Under the pieces are notes generated by a model, which saw only the letters and a program-made list of their open reading frames with translations, was not told the DNA's origin and did no database searches. Made by a program: the position numbers and the translations under genes. A stretch of DNA of 64,000 bases from a bacterium (GTDB lineage: Bacteria; Patescibacteriota; Doudnabacteria; UBA920). The first letter of the stretch is position 1. Every line of letters begins with the position of its first letter. The stretch lies in contig JAKAGU010000003.1 of NCBI GenBank assembly GCA_021825655.1, positions 12,014 through 76,013 of the forward strand. Reading direction: 5' to 3'. Of this stretch, positions 58,342-64,000 are shown one piece after another.

Positions 58342-59368
58342 AGCTGAACTGCAAGCTTACGACTACCAGCTTCCGCCTGAGCTGATCGCCCAAAAACCGG
58401 CCTCACCCCGGGAAACGGCGCGCCTTTTGGTATACCAGAAAGGCCAAACAGGCCTGGGCTTTGACACCTTTGCCCATTTAGGCAAGTATTTGCCGAAAAA
58501 TGCCGTCCTGGTTTTAAACCAAACCCGGGTTATTCCGGCCCGCTTGGCCCTGGCCAAACCGACGGGCGGCAAGGTTCAAATGCTTTACGTCAGCCATGGC
58601 CAAGGCTTGATTAAGGCCCTGGCCAACAAAAAACTGGACCTGGGCTTGGAACTTAAAATTCCGGGCACCCGCCACGGCCTAACGGTAGTAAAAAAACAAG
58701 ACCAATTTTACTATTTTAAACCAAATTTTCCTGTCGGGAAAATAACAACCGTGTTGGGAAAGCATGGACAGATGCCTTTACCCCCGTATATTAAGCATTC
58801 ACCCCTGACCGAAAAACAAAAGCGCACCGCTTACCAGTCAGTTTTTGCAAAAAACGGGGCATCCGTAGCTGCTCCCACGGCTTCCCTGCACTTCCCCAAA
58901 AAACTGCTGCAGCAGCTGAAAAAACAGGGGATAAGCATAAAATTTATCACTCTCAACGTAAGCCTGGGAACTTTTGCGCCACTCACCGGCAAACAGTTGG
59001 AAACCGGCAAGCTGCATATGGAAACTTACCACATCCCCGCCGGCACCTTGCGTTTCCTTAACCAGGCTAAAAAACAGGGCAGACCGATTATTGCCGTGGG
59101 AACAACCGTAGTTCGGACCCTGGAATCCGCCAGCCGGAAACACCAGCTCGCCCGCCTCTCGGGCCAAACCGATTTATTTATACGGCCGGGGTATAAATTC
59201 CAATTCATAAACGGCCTGGTTACGAATTTTCACGTACCCAAGTCGAGTTTAATGATGCTGGTGGCAGCTTTAACGGGGAAAACCAAGCTGCTCCGCATCT
59301 ATAAAACCGCTGTAAAATTGCATTTCCGATTTTTTTCTTTCGGTGACGGCATGCTAGTTTTGCCTTAA
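58331..59368 (+). CDS. queA: S-adenosylmethionine:tRNA ribosyltransferase-isomerase
   Basis: YDYQLPPELIAQKPASPRETARLLVY, NQTRVIPARL, VGTTVVRTLES. Confidence 0.85.
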   Translation: MRPEAELQAYDYQLPPELIAQKPASPRETARLLVYQKGQTGLGFDTFAHLGKYLPKNAVLVLNQTRVIPARLALAKPTGGKVQMLYVSHGQGLIKALANKKLDLGLELKIPGTRHGLTVVKKQDQFYYFKPNFPVGKITTVLGKHGQMPLPPYIKHSPLTEKQKRTAYQSVFAKNGASVAAPTASLHFPKKLLQQLKKQGISIKFITLNVSLGTFAPLTGKQLETGKLHMETYHIPAGTLRFLNQAKKQGRPIIAVGTTVVRTLESASRKHQLARLSGQTDLFIRPGYKFQFINGLVTNFHVPKSSLMMLVAALTGKTKLLRIYKTAVKLHFRFFSFGDGMLVLP

Positions 59369-59551
59369 ATAAGCGATATTTATTATAATTTTCTGGTTTT
59401 ACCCTTAAAATCTGCCGTCCTATTGACATAAATTTAAAAATCCTTGATTTTATTGGGGTTTTTGCTATTATTATCTTATAAAGCTAATAATTAAAAAGCT
59501 TTTAATACTTTCCTTAATTCGCTCCGAATTAGGAAAACAAGGGAAACACAT

Positions 59552-59824
59552 ATGACAAAATCAGAGCTCATGCAGGCCTTGGCTGACAAACTTGGCAAAT
59601 CCAAGAAGGAAGTCGGCGAATTTATGCAAGCCATGGTTGACATGGCCTACTCCGTAACCAAGAAAGAAGGCGAGTTTGTTATTCCGGGTTTGGGAAAATT
59701 GCAGAAAAAGCAGCGCGCTGCCAGAATGGGCCGCAATCCTGCCACTGGTGAGCAGATTTCAATCCCGGCCAAGACGGTTGTAAAATTCCGTATTGCCAAG
59801 CAAGCTAAAGACGCTATTCTCTAA
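59552..59824 (+). CDS. hup: DNA-binding protein HU
   Basis: MTKSELMQALADKLG ... GFGKF-like arm RAARMGRNPATGEQISIPAKTVVKFR. Confidence 0.9.
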   Translation: MTKSELMQALADKLGKSKKEVGEFMQAMVDMAYSVTKKEGEFVIPGLGKLQKKQRAARMGRNPATGEQISIPAKTVVKFRIAKQAKDAIL

Positions 59825-59835
59825 ATCCGCGTTTT

Positions 59836-59870
59836 AACCCCTGCGCCTTAAAAGGCGCAGGGGTTTTTTT
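59836..59870 (+). terminator. intrinsic terminator after hup
   Basis: cccctgcgcc ttaaaa ggcgcagggg plus T7. Confidence 0.7.
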
Positions 59871-59929
59871 ATGAGCGCGGGCGTGTTATACTATAGGCAG
59901 CTATTCCGCATGCTTTAAACAAAAAACTT

Positions 59930-60370
59930 ATGAAATACGTTTTTAAAACGCTGGAACTGACCAGCAAACGCCAATTTGAACTGATAGATATCACGCAAGC
60001 GGTAAAAGACGCTGTAAAAGAAAGTGCTGTTAAAAATGGCACCGTCACCGTGTTTTGCCCCCACACAACCGCCGCCATCCGCCTGAACCACAATGAGCCG
60101 CTACTGATCCAGGACATAATGAAAACGCTTTACCACCTGGTTCCTCTGGATGTCAGCTACAGCCATGATTTGTTTGAAATGCGGCAGAATATTGCCCCTA
60201 ACGAGCGGTCCAACGGACATGCGCATGTAAAAGCTTTTCTCTTGGGCAGCTCCGAAAGCCTGATCGTAAAAGAGCAGGGCTTGGTACTGGGCAAGATGCA
60301 GAGCATTTTATTTATTGAACTCGACGGGGGCAGGGCCCGCCAGGTGCATGTTCAAATTCAGGGAGAGTAA
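59930..60370 (+). CDS. YjbQ/UPF0047-family protein (secondary thiamine-phosphate synthase-like)
   Basis: GTVTVFCPHTTAAIRLNHNEP ... NGHAHVKAFLLGSS. Confidence 0.65.
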   Translation: MKYVFKTLELTSKRQFELIDITQAVKDAVKESAVKNGTVTVFCPHTTAAIRLNHNEPLLIQDIMKTLYHLVPLDVSYSHDLFEMRQNIAPNERSNGHAHVKAFLLGSSESLIVKEQGLVLGKMQSILFIELDGGRARQVHVQIQGE

Positions 60371-60378
60371 CTTTCCAG

Positions 60379-61239
60379 ATGGCAAAAAAAACTCTTTTAC
60401 TCAGTATTTTATTCGTCTTTGCCTTGAGCCTTTTTGGGGCCAAGGCATTTTTATCCAGCCTGAACAGGCAACCCCGGTCCGCGACGCAAGCCAAGGCCGA
60501 GGAAGTCAGCGTCACTATAATTGAAGGCTGGAGTCTTAATGACCTGGGCAATTATCTTGAAAATAAAGGCCTGCTTCAAGCGGAAACTTTCCGCCAAGTG
60601 GCAACAAGTTTTAACGCGAGCGGTTATAGCCTGCTGGCGGACAAACCCGCAAAAGCTTCCCTGGAGGGCTATGTTTTCCCCGATACTTACCGGCTATTTA
60701 AACCAAAAAACAGTTCCGACGAAGCTTTCGCCGCGGAGCTTATTAAAAAAGCCCTAAACAACTTTACGGAAAAATTCACGCCGGATATGCAAGCCCAGGC
60801 CAAAAAGGACAATATGTCCGTGTTCCAAATCCTCACCCTGGCCTCGATAATTGAAAAAGAAACCGGCAGGAACGCTATTACTCCGCAGCAAAAACAAGCC
60901 TTGGACACGGAGCGTAAAAACGTGGCCAGCGTGTTTTACAACCGCCTGCAGGCCGGCATGCCTTTGGAGAGTGATGCCACTATCAACTATATCACCAAAA
61001 AAAATAACCCAACGCCTACCGACGCCGATTTGGCCGCGCTCTCGCCGTATAACACTTACCTCAACAAGGGCCTGCCTCCGGGCCCCATCTGCAACCCTTC
61101 GCTGTCTTCCATTTTGGCTGCCCTTTACCCCGCCCAGACCGACTTTTTCTTCTTTCTGCACAAGCAGCCTTCCGGAGAACCGGTTTTTTCGAAAACCTTC
61201 CAGGAACACATTGACAATAAAAACAAATACCTCAAATAG
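60379..61239 (+). CDS. mltG: endolytic murein transglycosylase MltG (YceG family)
   Basis: N-terminal TM segment, LESDATINYI, LSPYNTYLNKGLPPGPICNPS. Confidence 0.8.
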   Translation: MAKKTLLLSILFVFALSLFGAKAFLSSLNRQPRSATQAKAEEVSVTIIEGWSLNDLGNYLENKGLLQAETFRQVATSFNASGYSLLADKPAKASLEGYVFPDTYRLFKPKNSSDEAFAAELIKKALNNFTEKFTPDMQAQAKKDNMSVFQILTLASIIEKETGRNAITPQQKQALDTERKNVASVFYNRLQAGMPLESDATINYITKKNNPTPTDADLAALSPYNTYLNKGLPPGPICNPSLSSILAALYPAQTDFFFFLHKQPSGEPVFSKTFQEHIDNKNKYLK

Positions 61240-61244
61240 TCCTT

Positions 61245-61826
61245 ATGCCGACTTTGGAAAGAAAACGCCGTATAGCAGAAGTGGCCAGCCAAAGGCAAAC
61301 GGGGATAGTGGTGCTGGAAGACGTTTATGACCCGCATAATGCGGCCGCGGTCTTAAGGAGTTGCGAGGCTTTCGGCTTTCAAAAAATATTTTTTGTTTTC
61401 GACAAGCAAAAAAAATTTAATCCCAAAAAAATCGGCACCACCACATCTTCTTCCGCCAATAAATGGCTGGACTTCGAAGTCTTTACCTCCATTCAGGCCT
61501 GCTTAAAACGTTTAAAGCACGGCGGCTACACCACTTACGCCACAGTGCTCGACAACCAGTCAACCGCCCTGTTTAAAACCAAATTTACGCAAAAAAAGGT
61601 TGCCCTGCTGTTCGGCAACGAACATTCCGGACTATCGGTCAGCGCCATTAAGCTGGCTGACTACAGGCTTTACATACCCATGCGCGGCTTTGTCCAAAGC
61701 CTAAACCTATCGGTTACAGCGGCTATCTGCCTGTTTGAACTGACGCGCCAGAGGCAAAACCGCGCCAAAAGTTTCTTGCTGCCCGCGGCTGCAAAAAACA
61801 GCCTGCAAAAAAAATGGTTGAAATAA
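61245..61826 (+). CDS. SpoU/TrmH-family RNA 2'-O-methyltransferase
   Basis: GIVVLEDVYDPHNAAAVLRSCEAFG, LLFGNEHSGLS, SLNLSVTAAICLFE. Confidence 0.75.
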   Translation: MPTLERKRRIAEVASQRQTGIVVLEDVYDPHNAAAVLRSCEAFGFQKIFFVFDKQKKFNPKKIGTTTSSSANKWLDFEVFTSIQACLKRLKHGGYTTYATVLDNQSTALFKTKFTQKKVALLFGNEHSGLSVSAIKLADYRLYIPMRGFVQSLNLSVTAAICLFELTRQRQNRAKSFLLPAAAKNSLQKKWLK

Positions 61827-61852
61827 AACCCCGTGCTCCCACGGGGTTTTAA
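61825..61852. terminator. bidirectional terminator between the methyltransferase gene and fmt
   Basis: aaaa ccccgtg ctcc cacgggg tttt. Confidence 0.65.
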
Positions 61853-61875
61853 AATTGTAAAACAATGGGGCAAGC

Positions 61876-62796
61876 TCAGCCCAGCGTGCTGCCGATAAAC
61901 TTTGGGTAGCCGTTCAAAAAAGCCGCCATTCCCACCTGGGATTTGCCTTCCAATTGGACAAGCTTCAGCCTTAAAACTGAATTCCCTCCGCAGCCTACCC
62001 AGCCATCCGTCCCCGCCACTCCCAAAGGCAGCCCCGGCTCGGCTTTCTTTGCTTCGCAATCAAGAATTTTCATTTTCTTGCCGTTCCATAACGTCCAAAC
62101 CCCGGGCCAGGGGTAAAAAGCCCGGAACTGGTTATAAATTTCAAAGGCGGACTTTTGCCAGTCCACCTGGCCATCGGCTTTGTTGATTATTTTAGTGTAT
62201 GAAGACAAAGCTTCGTCCTGCGGCACAGGAACAGCTTCCCCGGACACATATTTTGGCAGAATATCCAAAAGCAGCTGCGCCGAAAGGTAGGCTAGGCGCT
62301 GTGAGAGGGTAACAAAATTATCATCGGCTTCCACCGCTACGGCCTTTTGTGCCACAATCGGGCCGGTGTCCATTTTTTCATCCAGCACAAAAATACTGGT
62401 GCCGGTTTGGCTCTCTCCATTAAGCAGCGCGTACTGGATAGGGGACGCGCCGCGATATTTGGGCAAAAGCGAAAAATGCACGTTTAGGGTTTTATGCGGC
62501 GGCAAATTTATGACTTCCAAAGGCAAGATTTTGCCGTAAGACACTACCACAAAAATATCGGCCCGAAGCCGCTGCAGCTGAGCCAAAAAATCCGCATTAC
62601 CCTTTACCTTTTCCGGTTTTAAAAGCTCAATATCCATTTCCTTGGCCAAAACCGAAACAGGCGACTCCACCAAAGTCTGTTTTCTGCCCGAGGCGGCATC
62701 CGGGGAAGTTATTACAGCGGCCACATCATGGTGGCGATAAAGGGTTTCCAAGACCGGCAAAGCCACATTGGACGTGCCAAAAAAAACAATTTTCAT
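61876..62796 (-). CDS. fmt: methionyl-tRNA formyltransferase
   Basis: MKIVFFGTS, LNVHFSLLPKYRGASPIQYALLNGE. Confidence 0.9.
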   Translation of the reverse strand: MKIVFFGTSNVALPVLETLYRHHDVAAVITSPDAASGRKQTLVESPVSVLAKEMDIELLKPEKVKGNADFLAQLQRLRADIFVVVSYGKILPLEVINLPPHKTLNVHFSLLPKYRGASPIQYALLNGESQTGTSIFVLDEKMDTGPIVAQKAVAVEADDNFVTLSQRLAYLSAQLLLDILPKYVSGEAVPVPQDEALSSYTKIINKADGQVDWQKSAFEIYNQFRAFYPWPGVWTLWNGKKMKILDCEAKKAEPGLPLGVAGTDGWVGCGGNSVLRLKLVQLEGKSQVGMAAFLNGYPKFIGSTLG

Positions 62797-62798
62797 AG

Positions 62799-63362
62799 CT
62801 AACCCCGCTTAATTACCTGCCTTAACACCTCAGCCTCGGCCCGGCAGTCAAAGAGCGCGTCATGGTGGCTGCCGGGCAGCTTAATACCATACCGCTTTAT
62901 CAGGTCCTCAAGGCAGAACCCCGCGAATTCCTTACGGTTTCTCAACTGGCCGCGACGGGCCAGCGCCCCGTAAGCCAGAGACCACACATCCAAGTAATGG
63001 TAATCGAACCGCCAAGAAATTTTTGCCTTTTCAAAAGCCTTGAGCAAAAACCGCTTGTCCACCCAGCCCACATAGGCAGCCAGCAAAACTTTCCGGCCGT
63101 CGAATTTTTTTGCAAAAGCCCGGATAACGGAAGTCAAAGCGGGCGCATTCTTCAGGCTCTCCAGTTTCAGACCATTCACCTTCATGGCTTCGGGGTCGCG
63201 CGATTGCCATTTTTGCGGACGAACGTAGCTGTTAAAAAACGCTTTCTCTTTCAGGCTTTTCCTGTCCAGCAAAACCGCAGCCAACTGGATTATTTCGTGC
63301 CTGTCCGCGTCCAGGCCCGTCAGTTCGGTATCAACGAGCAAAATATCTTTTTTGAAATCCAT
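62799..63362 (-). CDS. DEDDh-family 3'-5' exonuclease (DnaQ/RNase T-like)
   Basis: Motif I LLVDTELTGL, motif III GSHHDALFDCRAEAEVL. Start taken at MDFKKD to avoid overlap with the upstream paralogue. Confidence 0.6.
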   Translation of the reverse strand: MDFKKDILLVDTELTGLDADRHEIIQLAAVLLDRKSLKEKAFFNSYVRPQKWQSRDPEAMKVNGLKLESLKNAPALTSVIRAFAKKFDGRKVLLAAYVGWVDKRFLLKAFEKAKISWRFDYHYLDVWSLAYGALARRGQLRNRKEFAGFCLEDLIKRYGIKLPGSHHDALFDCRAEAEVLRQVIKRG

Positions 63363-63369
63363 AAGAACC

Positions 63370-63906
63370 TCAAGCCTCGATAACAATTTTTTTAAATACT
63401 TCCATCTCCAACCTGGCCCGTTCCAGCGCATCGCCGGGATTCTTCAGGCGCAGCTTAAAATACTCCAAGAAGGTGTTCAGGGTCGGCATTTTTTTAAGCC
63501 CGTAATTCAAAGAGTAAATATAACCTAAAGTCCAGAGCTCAACCACATGCGGATCGTAATCAAAAGAGAGGCTGGCTTTTTTGAAAGCCGACTTCAAAAA
63601 CATAACGTTGCTCAAATTGTGGGTGGCCAGCAGCGCGCCATTGCCGAAACGCGCACGAAACTGTTTGACCGCGTCATAAATTTTGGGGCTTTTACGCAGG
63701 TCTTCGGGGCCGATGCCCAACAGCTTAGCGTGCTCAAAAATTACGCTGTCGAGATAACTTACCCTGACATAAACGTTAAAATAATCTTTTTCCAAAAGAT
63801 TATGCTTATCAATCAGAATCGCCGACAGCTGAACAATATTGTCTTTGTCTGTGTCCGGCCCAGTTGTGTTGATGTCAAAAAAAAGCAGGTCTTTAATAAA
63901 TTTCAT
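63370..63906 (-). CDS. DEDD-exonuclease-fold paralogue with substituted catalytic residues (probable pseudo-exonuclease)
   Basis: Same fold and length as the downstream gene, but motif I reads FFDINTTG (Glu replaced by Asn) and motif III reads NPGDALERARLEM (His replaced by Gly). Confidence 0.5.
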   Translation of the reverse strand: MKFIKDLLFFDINTTGPDTDKDNIVQLSAILIDKHNLLEKDYFNVYVRVSYLDSVIFEHAKLLGIGPEDLRKSPKIYDAVKQFRARFGNGALLATHNLSNVMFLKSAFKKASLSFDYDPHVVELWTLGYIYSLNYGLKKMPTLNTFLEYFKLRLKNPGDALERARLEMEVFKKIVIEA

Positions 63907-63912
63907 CCGACT

Positions 63913-64000
63913 TTACAATAATTTCTGTTTTTTCCAAGCCTTTACCACATCTCCGCCCTGGGTATATTTACGGACCAGGTCGATAATCAAAGTGCCGTTA
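63913..64000 (-). CDS. 3' end of an unidentified gene running off the window
   Basis: In-frame C-terminal peptide ...NGTLIIDLVRKYTQGGDVVKAWKKQKLL ending at TAA 63913-63915. Confidence 0.3.
   Translation of the reverse strand, partial: NGTLIIDLVRKYTQGGDVVKAWKKQKLL

Overview
This 64 kb window is a dense stretch of housekeeping genes from a small-genome bacterium, probably a CPR/Patescibacteria-like organism. GC is about 50%, the genetic code is standard, and many proteins are shortened relative to typical bacterial homologues. Intergenic regions are short, and many genes are preceded by recognisable sigma70-like promoters and followed by intrinsic terminators.

Recognisable content, grouped by function:
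- Translation: pheS (unusual form), lysS, serS, cysS, thrS, rplU, rplY, rpmE, rpsB, tsf, rpmG, prfA, prmC, fmt, queA, map, and four tRNAs (Thr-GGT, Tyr-GTA, Thr-TGT, Trp-CCA).
- Replication and repair: a UvrD-type helicase fused to a nuclease, gyrB, dnaB, dnaE, recR, rarA, an AlkD-like alkylation repair protein, hup, and a pair of DEDD exonucleases.
- Envelope: ftsQ, a SEDS protein (FtsW/RodA), mltG, two CE4 deacetylases, and a glycan-synthesis gene set (two GT-C transferases, a processive GT2 and a WecA-like GT4).
- Nucleotide metabolism: two adk paralogues, an archaeal-type pyrH, rdgB, two NUDIX hydrolases and ahcY.

Features worth a second look:
- A split, minimal PheRS: a free PheT N-terminal tRNA-binding domain followed by PheS fused to an FDX-ACB domain.
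- A compositionally aberrant (about 65-70% GC) gene for a secreted protein with a textbook PEP-CTERM sorting signal. A second, similarly GC-rich cassette encodes a small membrane protein.
- A membrane-anchored protein carrying thrombospondin-type-3 calcium repeats and two tandem pseudopilin-like domains.
- Three tandem paralogue pairs (CE4 deacetylases, DEDD exonucleases, adenylate kinases); in the deacetylase and exonuclease pairs one copy appears catalytically degenerate.
- An AT-rich HNH-endonuclease islet beside tRNA-Trp, next to a thiol/metal-handling module (thioredoxin-like protein, ArsP-type permease, Cys/His/Met-rich membrane peptide).
- A tRNA enclosed by a perfect 20 bp inverted repeat.
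- A Kef-type antiporter gene interrupted by a +1 frameshift in a C6 homopolymer.
- A candidate structured small RNA in a 467 nt intergenic region.

No rRNA, CRISPR array, transposase or integrase was found. All functional calls rest on motif recognition by eye; no searches were run.
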